Assembly: GCF_001194135.2 (NCBI RefSeq)
Contig: NC_068983.1
Coordinates: 146,013,380-146,077,379 of the forward strand
Direction of reading: 5' to 3'
Origin: Octopus bimaculoides
Taxonomy: Eukaryota
DNA: 64,000 bases
Each line of letters begins with the position of its first letter. The first letter of the stretch is position 1. Below, piece after piece: positions 14,250-28,250 of this stretch. The position numbers and the translations under genes were made by a program. Below the pieces are notes generated by a model, which worked only from the letters and a program-made list of their open reading frames with translations, did not search any database and was not told where the DNA came from.

Positions 14250-16060
14250 CATGCTGAAACACTCCTTCTGCTAATAACAATTTCATTTCACTTAAGCAGC
14301 TGCTGGTATCTCTCTTCAAAGGCATATTCTTCATACAGACCACTTTCTTTGACCCTGAAAATTCGGTGTCTTTTGCCTAAGTAAGAAATCCTGTGTCGAC
14401 TAACCACCTCACCTCCCTGATACTTTTAATTCTTTCATGCGCAAACAAACGTGGTATTCGAGGTGCGGCCGTACGAAGGAGGAGAAAAGTGGAATGATGA
14501 CACCTTGTTCTCTGGACTGGAGGATTCTTAGGCTCGAGGAGCTCATCCTACGAGCTATATCGATCTTGTTGTTTATGTGGGCACTGCAACTGAGATTGCT
14601 ATCAACAATTACTCCTAGGTCTCTGATATTATTAGATGCTATGAGAGGTTCCCATGAAGGAAGTGAGTATGGCTGTTTTAGCATAGTCTTTTTTTCCAAA
14701 ATGCATCAGCCCAAATTTTCTCTCGTTTAGTTGCATTTTATTTTTGTCTGCCCATTGACTCACAGCATGTAGATCAGACTGAAGTTGAGATCGGTCTTCT
14801 TCGATTATTTTCTAGAGCTTAGAGTCATCAACTAATATTTAATATTTTCACTTTGCTGTGTTTTATGACGCTGGAAAGGTTATTTATATAGATTATAAAG
14901 AGGGACACCAAAGGTGACTTTTGCTGCGCTTGAGTGGATTCCACCGCTTACAACATGTGTTCTGTTCTCCTGGTAATACTCAATCCAATATAGAAGTTTT
15001 CTACGGATTCCAACATTTGACAATTTTGACAGTAGGATACGCTTTACTGAAGTCAAGATATATGACATCAGAGTTCGAACCTGTTTCCAAGGCTTTAAGG
15101 ATATCATCGATGTAGTGTAAGAGCTGTGTTAGACAGTCGCTGCCGCAGTGAAAGCCATGCTGGTTTGAATTTAGGAGTTTGTGGCTCTCCAGGAAGTCAG
15201 CTATTCTTGATCTCACCACCCTTTCCAACACTTTAATGATATGGGAGGTGAGTGAGATTGGGCGATATTTGACTGTGAGGGATCTGTTTCTCTGTTTGAA
15301 AACCAGGATGGCAGACTGGGATAAGAGCTGTTTCTATATATAACCTGAGTCTTAAGAATTTCTCCAGAGGTTAGTCAGAGGGACTGCAAGTTGGTGTCTA
15401 CATTCCTTCAGGAGACTTGCGGGGAATCTATCAGGGCCTACAGCAGAACAGTATTTGATCTCATTTATTGCTGCTATGATGTCTGAAGCAGTAAAGCTTA
15501 TGTCCGAGATTATATGTTGGGAGTCGACTTCGTTCACATCCCTTACGTCAATATCAGTGAGATCACTAAAGACAGAGCAAGCATCGTGTTGGATAATGCC
15601 GTTATCATCGATCACTGGACCAATGGGTGAGACAGCGGTCCTATGCTTATTTGCAAATGAATAGAACACTTTTGGGTTCTGTTTGTTTGATCTTTTTTAT
15701 TACTCGCTGTTCCTCAGCAGCTCCTTGATTTTCAATGGAGGTTTACATGTTGGTCTGCAGATGTTTTTCCAACTCCAGCCTTTTCCATTGTTGTTGAACA
15801 TGGATGTTGTATGTGGGAGTATTTTATTTGGTTGATTTTTTTTATTAAGTCTTTTGATGCACCTGATGAGTGTTTTTTTTTTCTCTCTAGGGAGCCTGCT
15901 TTTGTTTGTGCGACATGATTTCGTAGAAGCGTGTTTTGAGCATGTATAGGTGACAATGTCCTCAAAGTGCTGCCATGTGGTTTCAATGGTTTCCACACTG
16001 CTGTCACCTCTTAAAGTGGTGAGTACAATATCATCTTGAGTACAATACCATCTTGGCATT
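14250..16060 (-). mobile_element. CR1-like LINE reverse transcriptase remnant (frameshifted, internally deleted)
   Basis: Minus-strand pieces GPDRFPASLLKECRHQLAVPLTNLWRNSL, LERVVRSRIADFLESHKLLNSNQHGF...LTQLL...DVIYLDFSKA, and RDLGVIVDSNLS...PLFSSFVRPHLEY. Confidence 0.9.
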
Positions 16061-17272
16061 GTACATCCGACGACAGCTAAGTGTTTAAACTATAGACATA
16101 ATGCGGTGAAAGTGACAGAAGCATACCGACCACCGAACCGTCATCTTGTTCTCAACAACCTTATATTGACGCGGACATGCGTGCTTTCCTTTTTACCGAC
16201 TTAACATATTTCAATTATGTTTTAAAATATCAACACCGCTTGAATCCCTCACCCCAAATTTATCGATAAACGCTAGTCGAACAACAATAAATCTTCCTAT
16301 ATTTCATGAGTAACAACACCAAAAGTAATTTCGTTTTATTCTCACTGAAATGTTAAAGATGATAGGAAATTCTTGGTAGTTTTGAATTAGCTTCGAATAC
16401 ATCTCAACACGACACTTTCTAACATCTTTACACTTCCATGCCAATTTCTCAATATTTTCACTTCTGAATATTTAGAAATTCAGCTTAGGATTTATAAACA
16501 TACGAAAAAAACATCGTCGGTTCCGACCATGAGCATTCAGTTATTCGATCAACTGAAATACATGTTCATTGAATAAGTGTGTTCCCTTAACAGTTAATCC
16601 AGCCAGACACGGGGTTAGAAGTCTGTATAGAGTAAAAGGTGAGTACTCACTTCGGTGACGAATTAGCATGGGATTGCACCTAGAATGTTCCCCTCCGAGG
16701 AACAGGTTTGGGACCTTGCGTATCTTAGATTCTTAGATGTTTTATATGTGTTTGTGGATTCATTATAGCAGACTGATACACATAAACACACACACAGAAA
16801 GCTGTATATCTTTGAATTATTGACACCACCTATTCGAAAATCTCTAGCGGTACTTCCGTCTAATCAAATTCACTCAAAAAGATTGGGAAATTCGAGGCTA
16901 TAGTAAGAAATACTTGTCCAAGATGCTATAAAGTGAAATAACACCCGAGATCTCATGACTGTAAAGCGAACTTAATGCGTCACCATGCCTGAAACTTATT
17001 TTTACTATTTACAACACCATGGCTGATTAGTTACTACCCTTTTTGTATCATTAGAATAGAAATTTGTCTAAATATGCTGTTGGTAGTGAATACTTGCTAC
17101 CGATGACGCGAAAATACGCAGAAATGACGTGATCTTGCAATTCCACTGCCGCTGCTGGACACTTTTAGTCAGATAGTTTTAATCAGCTAATGATACTTCT
17201 GAGCTTTTTTGCGCTTTGCGTCATACGTGATGCTTTCTTAAGACGAATGTCACAGTAACGTGGCTTTCTGCT

Positions 17273-17274
<2 letters not shown>

Positions 17275-17351
<77 letters not shown>

Positions 17352-17390
17352 GTGTGTGCGTGTGTGTGTGCGTGTGTGTGTGCGTGCGTG
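17275..17390. repeat. (TG)n microsatellite, representative of many (TG)n, (TA)n, (TACA)n and (TAGA)n tracts in the window
   Basis: Direct inspection. Other examples: (TAGA)n at about 4688-4756, 26098-26166, 38324-38381 and 47101-47150; (TG)n at about 22123-22206. Confidence 0.95.
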
Positions 17391-17889
17391 TCCTAACAGA
17401 ATATCCGACGTTACCCTAGCTGAAAAGTAGCTATCACTGAAAGCATATTCAGTTTAATGCAACACTGTTAAACCTCTCTTGAAAAGTTATCTTTCTTACA
17501 AGAAACAAAACTGTTTTCCAAGTTGCAATTGTTTAGTGTTTAATGCACTGATTTGCAGACAAGCACTCAGCATCATTTGGATATTTCGTAATTTAATTAT
17601 GTAAATAACATATCTAATTCTTACACTGTTAAATAAATCTGAAAACAGTTTTATTTCATTTGAAGCTATTATCAAAAATTAATATATTGCCTTTTATTCT
17701 TGAAATTCTTAAATTATTAAAATTATTCGAAAAAATATGCAGAAACAGACAATTGAGAGGTAAACTACTTATAGAGAAAATAAAACTATTCTTTTAACTT
17801 GTGGAAGCCAGAGTACCGAGAAGAAACCCGCACTTCCAAATATTGAAGCAGCAATTCATGTTGTGATAAAGTAAGACTAATTTGATTCG

Positions 17890-20330
17890 ATGAGCTATGG
17901 TATTAAATCCGTGCTCATCATAGATCTGGGGGTTCTGAATATTGTCATGCCATGATATGCAATGCTTTTGGTTTTACCATCAAGGAGATTATGGAAGATT
18001 TCAACTCTTGAGTTTCCTCGGTAATATTGGCAATTAGCCAGTCCAGCAATTGACAATGAAATTAAGTTTAATATAGCAAAACTTGTGTGTTCTAGTAGCA
18101 CTCAAGTTTTGCCATTTCTGCTAAATCGAAAGAGTGGAGTGGAATTCTTGGCGTAATTGAATTCCCTCTTTTGGTGCACCCATTAAAAATATTAGTGTCG
18201 ATGACATGTATTAGCTTCTGATCCATTTGTCTTGTATCATACTACTGCAACATTGATCTAGATTATACAGCAGCATTACAGGGAATATTTCTTTTTTAAC
18301 TGAAGCCTGTATGAGGAGAGACCTGAAAGTTCCAAGGAATCTAAATGCTGCAGGATAGTGAATTATTTCTTTCTGATTTACAGCAGTATCTATTGATTTG
18401 TATGTTTGACTATTTCCTGGATGTTCCTGCATCAGCTGCCAGTTGAAGCCGTTAACCGTTGTTTTACATTCGTACAGCCATTTATGTATTAGCACACCTT
18501 CGATATCAATTTGTCTGCAATCTGGTTCCATTGTATTGTAACTCCCGGAAAGAAAGCCTCTCTTCCCGACTTGTAACAACGTTTTGACAAAATAATTAGA
18601 CAGCTGATCTCATCTTTGTAGTCATTCAAAATTCATTTTCTTTGACTTAAAACTATAAAGTATGGATTTCATCGTCTTTTGTTCCTTCCGGGATCATTGG
18701 AGGATCTGACAGAATTCACTTAACAACAGCACTACTACTACTCCTATTTGAGATCTATCGTCACACATGTCCCTCAATGACCTCCTCAACGACTCCAGAG
18801 CTCTCTTGCGTGTTTAATCAGGTATGTCTTTCCAGTTCTACGACGATCATCAACGAAGCAAATTTCAGCTTCTTATTACCAGCCCCTATTAAAAAACGGC
18901 AGAATAGACTTCCTTCTCATCTGCAATCAGTTTGTCATGATATAATGCTTCGTTCAAAATTTACATATGTAATTGGATTGGGGGAGCCTGTATTTTTTAA
19001 GTTCTTGAATATTTATACCATTGAGTATTCCGATGACAGCGGCATTGTAAATTTCCTCTGTATACTCTATTTTCATGTCGGGTTACAACTTACCAAGCTT
19101 AATGCTGAAGATCTTCGACAATTTCATCATGATGTTTGTGCCAAAACTGAAGAGGATTGGGTGGTTCACAACATTTTAACCAATTCTTGGTTGTTTGAGA
19201 TAGAGAAGCTTCTGACTATAATGCATCCCACCAGCCATCATTTTTCATCAATTCAAATGTAAAACATATCTCTGTAGGTGGCCAAACTACTCCATTGATT
19301 ATTCGAAGATGTTGAAATTAATTTGAACCTTGCACTCTTTGGAGAAATCTTAGAAAGACGTTTTCTCGTTGATAGTCATGTAAAGTATACTGTTTTCCAC
19401 TAACATCGACAAAACTCATGTCACGTTGATCTTCAGCATGACTACATTACTTTCTTCATTTCCATTGCTTATTTATTGTAGGACAGAACTTAATGGTACA
19501 TCAGTGTTTGTACATCAAGGAAAAACTTTATGCGTTATACCCCTTGGACTCTGCACTTGCTGTGCCACAATTTGCTTGAGTGAAATAAACCTGCTGAGCA
19601 ATTTCCGGATGGACAGAAAACTGTTGAAAACTGGGATATCTTCATCAACAGGTAAAAGGAAGTTTCATTGCTGCTTATACAATGTCTTTGCTAGAATTGG
19701 TGACTTAATCGTCATTGTTTTACTGCATCGCAACAAACATTGCAGCATCAAATCTCTTAGTAACAAGTGTACAGCTATATCTGATGCAAGTTATTGGACT
19801 GCAGAACTACAAACTGATGTGTGCAATATTTGGTTAGCAGTACACAATCAAGAATTATTGATAACTTTATGATATTTAATAAAGGTTTGAAAGCCTCCTT
19901 TCTCTTGTACTCTTTTTCTGCAGCGATAGCCATCTCAACCTGTTTGGGTTTCCTTGAGAAATGGTCATGTAAGCGTTCTACCTCCTATTCAAATTGAACT
20001 CCTGCTGAAGACAACACAAGAACTGTGAGCCATCTGAATTTAAGGAATACTGAACAATTCGCAAGAAACTGGATGCTGTGTAGACGGAACAAATCTGATT
20101 AGAGAGAATTTTACTTATTTACAAGATCAACGTGTGTGAATGTGGCAAGCCCTCTTTTTCTATGGCTTTAATGATGGAAACATCATTTGCAGCAAAATGC
20201 TCATAACGAGGAGGATATATTTGATTGTAAGCGTAATTCGAATTCGCATCCTCAAGATTTGTCAATCTATTTCAATAAATTAAAATCAGATGTTATTTCA
20301 ACAGCCGATGTACGTAGTAGCATAATAGAC
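17890..20330 (-). mobile_element. Helitron Rep/Pif1-helicase remnant
   Basis: Minus strand, in canonical order: HUH-like IEKEGLPHSHTLIL (about 20122-20163), ATYRD..LHLN, EEIYNAA, Walker-A-like ICFVDDRRRTGKTYLI (about 18815-18870), QTYKSIDTAVNQKEIIHYPAAF...PVMLLYNLD, then SRV...DGKTKSIAY. Many stops and frameshifts. Confidence 0.85.
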
Positions 20331-20476
20331 AATAGATCTACATTAATCCTGTCTTCTGCTAACTATTACTTTACCATTTAATTTCTAGGAGGTGAGGGAA
20401 AGAGAAATGGAAGAGAGGTGGAAAAAGTGTCCATAGTAATATATAGTGACAGCGATAAAGAGAAACAGGAGATAGT

Positions 20477-20810
20477 CCTTTCTATTATAGGCACAAGGCC
20501 TGAAATTTGGGGGTAGGGGACTAGTCGATTACATCAACCCCAGTGTTTCACTGGTACTTATTTTACCGACCCGACGCCCTAGAAACAGAATATAATCTTT
20601 TCTAATCTAGGCACAAGGCCCGAAATTTGGGGTGGGGAGCCAGTCGATTAGATTGACGCCAGTATGCAACTGGTAATAAATTTATCGACCCCGAAAGGAT
20701 GAAAGGCAAAGTCGACCTCGGCGGAATTTGAACTAAGAACGTTGCGACGGGCGAAATACCGCTAAGCATTTTGTCCAGCGTGCTAACGATTCTGCCAGCT
20801 CGCCGCCCTA
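20477..20810 (-). mobile_element. Two tandem SINE family A copies (one partial, one near full)
   Basis: Repeated aggcacaaggcc(t/c)gaaatttgggg...gtcgatt...; the second copy carries the head through ctgccagctcgccgcc. Confidence 0.85.
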
Positions 20811-21720
20811 GAAACAGAAAATAGTGACTAAGGAGTATACATGATAAAAACTTGTATAAAACTTTCTCTTTTCTTGCCTTCCACTTCCTTTGTCATACAA
20901 GGAAGAAGACAAGAAAAGAAAACGTTCATGACAAAGAGAGGGAAGCAGGAGGAAGGAAAAGCACTTGATGAATTCTTATGTGGAGTGAGAGAAGACAAAA
21001 AAGAGAAACAGACAGACAGAGAGAAACATCAGAGATACTGGAGGTAGCAAAATTGGTGCCCCAAATACTTAATGTTTTAAGTCAAAGAAAATTTTACTTA
21101 AAATTACTGTCATCATGAAGAGAAAATTATTAATTTAATTATTAATTCTAGTCAAGAAGAACAATGAAGATACGTCTGACATTTGAATTAATTAGAATTT
21201 AGTAAAATGCAGGGTAACCCATTGAGATCCTCCGCTGTACAACGAAAACACCATTACGGAGATGTTTCTATGTCATTAGACTTCATCGCAAAGGATAGTA
21301 TTAATGGTACAGCCAAACTTCAGATAAAAGAAAGCTATATTGAGTTTTAATTAATAATATACTCATTGCGTGATATCTTAAATGGGTGACTGGTAGAAAA
21401 TACCCAAGGATGCCTGTTTGATGAAATTGATGCCAATATGTTTAATGTAAACCAGAAACTGGAATAGATGCTAACGAACTCCATAAATATACTTAATTAA
21501 TCGGGTAATGTTTCGTGAATTAAGTTAAGGAGCGTCGTATTGAATGTTATACGTAAAAGCCTTTTCTTGCATTTCATAAAGCAAGTATGTGTATCTACAT
21601 GCATACATATATAAATATATACATATATACATATATTTGTGCGTGTGGTCCCTTTCTATCATCTGTAATCCCTTTCTATCATCTGCACGTGTGTTTGTAT
21701 ATATACATATATATATATAA

Positions 21721-22116
21721 TTGAAAAAATTGGAGGCAACAAGAAGGGATACGGTTGGACATTTATTTTTTAATCATTACAATTGTTTCCACGCAACATA
21801 GTTCTCCAGGTGTGCAGGTACTTGATTATGAGATGTTGTGTTTCCTCAGGTGATATGTAAATATTATCTCTGTAAGTTTAAAATTCTCGGCTTCAAGACC
21901 ATCCTCTCTATCTGTCGTGACTTGAATTTAGTTTGTAGTCTCTGAGCTTATCAGCATGTGTTGTTAAACTGCTTTGAATGTGTAGATGCAGCGTGATAGG
22001 GATTCTGCTACGGATATGTGAGCATGTGTGTATATACGTATGTATATGTATATGTAGATGTATATATGTACATATACATATATGTGTGTGTGTGTATGTA
22101 TGTATATGTGAATGTA

Positions 22117-22209
<93 letters not shown>

Positions 22210-22587
22210 GAGCTTTGAATCTTAAAGGTCAGCTAAGGGCAATCGCATATGAAACGAACCATGAGGAACAAATCAGCAGTACAATGCCAATCCCTTTAAA
22301 ACAGCAACCAGTTTAACAGTAGAAGAATCACCATCCCACTACATCTACACATTCTAAATTCAGGCCACGACAGACAGAGAGGATGTTCTTGAAACCGAGG
22401 ATTTTAAACTTACGAAGACGATATTTACATATCGCCTGAGGAAACACAACTAGATCTCATAATGCAGAGAGACAGTTGCATAATCAAATACCTGTGTACC
22501 TGGAGAACTACGTTGCGTGAAAACAACTGTAGTGACTAAAAAATAAATGTCCAATTGTACCCCTTCTGTTTCACTCCAATTTTTTCA
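21721..22587. mobile_element. Inverted pair of Penelope-like terminal-repeat fragments
   Basis: About 21721-21931 is the diverged reverse complement of about 22356-22587. Contains cctgaggaaacac and cctggagaac...gaaaac...aataaatgtccaa. Confidence 0.6.
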
Positions 22588-23668
22588 GTTGTCTATTCAC
22601 ACATGACAGATGCCAAACGTAAACCTGGAAGTACGTATAATACTACTATTGAATAGCACAAGGTAAATCTGAAAGTGGACTAGCTTTATACTGTACTCTA
22701 CTATGTTCTTATAAATTATATATATATGTAAAATAACCGTGAGAGTGCGTATATCTTTCAGTGTATGTGTGTACAGGGATGCGTGTAACAGCGTACGCTT
22801 CTGTTTATCTGTCTGCATATGTCCATCAGTTAATGTGTGCGCACGCTTGTAAATGAGTTCGGAGCAAACTTTCCTTATCATTTAATGTTATAAAGTGGTA
22901 TGAGGTAATTGAAAAAAAGTATATCTAATGAACTTTTCATCACTGAACTGGTTTATTACTCTCTGTTATTTTCTTTTAAAGCAGTATTTTCTATTAAAAT
23001 ATTATTTTTCTATTAAAATACCTGTTTCAATTTTTTTTAAATGTTGCTTTCGTATTGATTTGTGAACTTTCATGATCTGAGCAGTAAAATAAATTTATGT
23101 CTCATGAGTTTAAACGTAAAAAAAATATCAAGCATTTATTACTGTCATCAATACTATGACTGTACTACATGAATGTTTTGGGTATGATTTTAAACTGTAT
23201 ACAGTGCTGGGTCCCTGATTTAGGAGCTCCAGGGTTTTGAGTTATGTGGAACCACCCCTTAACCACTTTTATTCCCAGGTCTATTCTGACCCGGATTAGT
23301 AACACATGTGAGGATCCCAGCTATACGCCAACTAGCTTATAGATAGAATTCACCTGTGAATATGAGAATAAACAACCCGGGACCAAATCACGGGTGGCTT
23401 CTTGCCATGTCCTAGCACGCGGTAACCACCTAGCCAGGTTTACATCGAAATCATGGGATGCAGCAGGATGGATGTTATCTATTTCGGCAAATGAACTTAT
23501 TGAATCAATGGCGATTATCACTAGATACTGAGCGGATGAACAGCCAACAGGACTAACCAGTTGAGTTAGCGTACTACTACTATCATCTGTAGTCGTGGCG
23601 TGCACAGATGAGATTTTTCAGTTTGAGAAAGACCAAATATAACTTATTGGTTCAGGCAAGTCGCCCGA

Positions 23669-23672
<4 letters not shown>

Positions 23673-23715
<43 letters not shown>

Positions 23716-23788
23716 CGATGATGATGATGACGACGATGATGATGATAACGATGATGATGATGACGATGATGATGATGATGGCGATGGC

Positions 23789-23829
<41 letters not shown>

Positions 23830-23870
23830 CGGTGATGACGGTGATGATNNNNNNNNNNGATGGCGATGGC

Positions 23871-23908
<38 letters not shown>

Positions 23909-23990
23909 CGATGATGATGATGACGATAATGACGACGATGATGATGATAACGATGATGATGATGACGATGATGATGATGATGGCGATGGC

Positions 23991-24031
<41 letters not shown>

Positions 24032-24090
24032 CGGTGATGACGGTGATGATGATGACGATGATGATGATGACGACGATGATGATGACGATA
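23673..24090. repeat. (GAT)n/(GAC) compound microsatellite, partly duplicated across a 10-N gap
   Basis: Direct inspection; the GATGGCGATGGC block recurs on both sides of the gap. Confidence 0.95.
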
Positions 24091-25309
24091 TACTACATCA
24101 AGCGAATCTACTGAACCTGGTTTTTACGAGTTATTTATTCATCGGTGTACCATTGTCAGTTGTATTAATTATAGAAAACATTGTATCCTTTCAAGACGAT
24201 GTGTGAAATCACTGGTACATTTTTTTTATTTGTGCATTTAATATTAAAATATTACAACTAATTTGGAAACGTGATAATACATGGCGCCACCAAAATCCTG
24301 TTTCACTACGATATATAAGTATATATGCAATTTCACCATCTTGTTTTACTTGTAACATATTTTTTACTGGTTCACTCAACTGTTCAATCGTGGATATAAA
24401 AATTTCCTAAAAAGTGATAGTTTACAAAAGTATTGCGATGTTATTTACAAAACATTAAATGTGTATATATGATGAACTTTATTATTGAAGTTATTTTATC
24501 GCAATATTCATAGTATCGTTTTCCATCGTTATTTATTAGTTTACTACGATTGCTCTTATTTTTCGTACTGCGTAAACGAATTAATGTTCATACCTCTTAC
24601 TCCATCACACTTTCATTTCACTTCTTTCACTCTCATTATTTCCCTGTTTGTTACTACGAGCTTTGGTGAAAAACAACTTCATCCTTTAGCTAAGTTTCAA
24701 TTTACTTCTATTATCACTCATTCTGTTTGTTTTTTTTCTTCTATTTCTCTATAGACTAACTCCTACGTCCATACTATTTCTTTTGTATGACAGCAAACAA
24801 ACGCACATTGCTAATTATCATATGTCCATCATTTCAATAATTCAGTACAACAGTGGATCATCAGAGTTGTTGCTTGATTATATCCAGTCCAGTGTTTCCT
24901 TTTTTTTTGTTTTAAATTCAGTGATGATGAAGATTAAGAAAACCAACTACTGTTTTCCGTCTTCTATATTACATTAATATAAAGGGATTCAATCGAATGT
25001 CCTCCCACCTCTAGCTATAATATATATACACACACACATAGTAGTGCGAACACGCTATCTTCAAGTTAGCATGTTCTTACGTTGATTTAATATCTTTGTA
25101 TCATATATTCTATAGTGTATATGCATAAGTATGCATATGGCATGCATGTAAGAAGAATGTTGACAAGACGTACAATATGAATGAAGCTCGAACAGCAATA
25201 ATGGAAAACGCAATGTAGGGCTATAAGATGAAATTCAATTATGTTAAAAGAACGTGCATTTATAAACCAATGAAAAGTTATTCCCTAATTACTGCCAATA
25301 AATATTATA

Positions 25310-25716
25310 ATACAATAACTACAAGATGATCCAGATCTTCATCAACAAATGTCTCCGGCAGATCCTCCATCTGAAGTGGTTCGACAGAGTGCCAAACATC
25401 GACCTGTGGTAAAGGGCCAACCAAGAACCCATACATGTTCAGATTAGACGAAGGAAATGGAGATGGATCGGGGGGACACTGTGGAAAGAACCCTCAAATG
25501 TGACACGACAAGTACTTGACTGGAACCCGCAGGGGAAAAGGAAGCGAGGACGCCCGAAGCAGACATGGAAGCGGGGAATTTTGGACGAGCTCAGGACCAC
25601 CGGCCTGACATGGAAAGTAACCAAGAAACACGCGAATGACCGCAAAAAGTGGAAAATAACTGTTGAGGACCTATGCTCCACAAGGGGAAAAAAAGATTAA
25701 GAAGTAGAAGAAGAAG
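25310..25716 (+). mobile_element. RTE-clade LINE 3' end
   Basis: FINKCLRQILHLKWFDRVPNIDLW...QIRRRKWRWIG...VTRQVLDWNPQGKRKRGRPKQTWKR...WKITVEDLCSTRGKKD*, followed by a GAA-rich tail. Confidence 0.9.
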
Positions 25717-26096
25717 TATCAACAACACACTTGCTCCAAGCAACGTAACTGGTCTACAAGATACTGGGTTTTTAATATGAATACCGCGTCTTCAGTTGTA
25801 GCTCTAACGCGGGTGTTTAAAGTTAATAGAAGCCACTGTTTCTATCTGTTGAAATTCGTAAACGAAGCATTCTCTGGTGTATACTGAGATAACATCAAAA
25901 TTTTTATTGCTGTATTGCTTGACTGTAACAATTTAATCTAAGTTTCGTGAGCCATTGCACTCTTCAACGAATATTTCGCCTGAAGTGACTATAATCGCAC
26001 TGAAATACCTGTTTTTAAATATAGGAGTGTGCATGTGTGTGCTTGTGATTATGTATTCATATCTATGTATACACATACACACACATATACACACAC

Positions 26097-26169
<73 letters not shown>

Positions 26170-26424
26170 CCGGTAACAGCACAAGCATTATCAGTAACAA
26201 CGGCACATGCAATCATTCATAACTGCATCAAATATATTATAGCTAATATTTCATTAAGATATCCCATTGTAGCCAAGTAAAATATTTTTCTGATTCTTTT
26301 ACATTTGTAGTGAAATCTTTAGTATAGCCTTACACTAATTATCAACATTTAAAAATCCACCAGTTTTAATTATACGACGATATGACCAAAACAGAAAAGA
26401 TTATTATTATTGTTATCATTATTA

Positions 26425-27093
26425 TTCTTTTCTACTCAAGGCACAAGGCCTGAAATGTTGAGAGAGGGGGGCCAGTCGATTAGAACGACTCCAGTATGCA
26501 ACTGGTACTTAATTTATCGTTCCCGAAAGGATGAAAGGCAAAGTCAACTTCGGCGGAATAGTTATTATCGTTAAGTCGACGAGTTGGCAGAATCATTAGC
26601 ACGCATTTCATCAGTCTTTCATAAATTTCGGGATCGATAGAATCAGTACCAGGTGAGCACTGGGGTCGATGTAACTGGCTTACCTCCTCTCTCGAAATTG
26701 TTGGCCATATGTTACAATTTGACACCAATATTATTATTTGTAAGGCGGCGAATTGGCAGAATCGTTAGCACACCGTGCAAAATGCTTAAAGGCACTTCTT
26801 ACGACTTTACATTCTGAGTTAAAATACTGCTAAGGTCGACTTTGCTTTTCATCCTTTCGGGATCGATAAATTAAGTACCAGTTGAGTATTGGAGTTGATG
26901 TAATCGACTAGCCCCCGCCCCTCTCCACTTCGCTAGAGTTTCAGGTCTTGTGCTTATAGTAGAAAGGATTTATTAATTCCGCCGAGGTCGACTTTACCTT
27001 TCATCCTTTCGGGGTCGATTAAATAAGTACCAGTTACGCACTGGGGTAGATGTAATCGACTTAATCTCTTTGTCTATCTTTGTTTGTCCCCTC
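26425..27093. mobile_element. Cluster of SINE family A copies (minus fragment, then plus copies)
   Basis: Core motifs at about 26450-26555 (minus), and about 26580-26720, 26745-26970 and 26976-27093 (plus). Confidence 0.8.
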
Positions 27094-27971
27094 NNNNNNN
27101 NNNNNNNNNNNNNNNNNNNNNNNNNNNNNNNNNNNNNNNNNNNNNNNNNNNNNNNNNNNNNNNNNNNNNNNNNNNNNNNNNNNNNNNNNNNNNNNNNNNN
27201 NNNNNNNNNNNNNNNNNNNNNNNNNNNNNNNNNNNNNNNNNNNNNNNNNNNNNNNNNNNNNNNNNNNNNNNNNNNNNNNNNNNNNNNNNNNNNNNNNNNN
27301 NNNNNNNNNNNNNNNNNNNNNNNNNNNNNNNNNNNNNNNNNNNNNNNNNNNNNNNNNNNNNNNNNNNNNNNNNNNNNNNNNNNNNNNNNNNNNNNNNNNN
27401 NNNNNNNNNNNNNNNNNNNNNNNNNNNNNNNNNNNNNNNNNNNNNNNNNNNNNNNNNNNNNNNNNNNNNNNNNNNNNNNNNNNNNNNNNNNNNNNNNNNN
27501 NNNNNNNNNNNNNNNNNNNNNNNNNNNNNNNNNNNNNNNNNNNNNNNNNNNNNNNNNNNNNNNNNNNNNNNNNNNNNNNNNNNNNNNNNNNNNNNNNNNN
27601 NNNNNNNNNNNNNNNNNNNNNNNNNNNNNNNNNNNNNNNNNNNNNNNNNNNNNNNNNNNNNNNNNNNNNNNNNNNNNNNNNNNNNNNNNNNNNNNNNNNN
27701 NNNNNNNNNNNNNNNNNNNNNNNNNNNNNNNNNNNNNNNNNNNNNNNNNNNNNNNNNNNNNNNNNNNNNNNNNNNNNNNNNNNNNNNNNNNNNNNNNNNN
27801 NNNNNNNNNNNNNNNNNNNNNNNNNNNNNNNNNNNNNNNNNNNNNNNNNNNNNNNNNNNNNNNNNNNNNNNNNNNNNNNNNNNNNNNNNNNNNNNNNNNN
27901 NNNNNNNNNNNNNAATGCAATCGATTTATCTCCTCCTCAAAAACTGCTGATCTTGTGCCAAAATCTGAAAC

Positions 27972-27974
<3 letters not shown>

Positions 27975-28053
<79 letters not shown>

Positions 28054-28250
28054 GTTGTTGTTGTTGTTGTTATGAAGGCAGTGAGTTGGTACAATCGTTA
28101 GCGCGTCAGACAGATTGCTTTATCAGCATTTCTTCCAGCTTTATTTCCTGAGTTCAAATTCCGCCAAGGAGTACAACTTGAACATTGACGTTGACTTGTC
28201 CCCGACCAACAAAGTTTCAGGCTTTGTGTCTATAACAGAAAGGATTATCA
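27975..28250 (+). repeat. (ATT)n/(GTT)n microsatellite followed by a SINE family A copy
   Basis: Direct inspection; SINE head gaaggcagtgagttggtacaatcgttagcgc from about 28074. Confidence 0.8.

Noticed and set aside
23673-24206. Poly-Met / poly-Asp ORFs
   Set aside because: Translations of a (GAT)n microsatellite duplicated across an N-gap.
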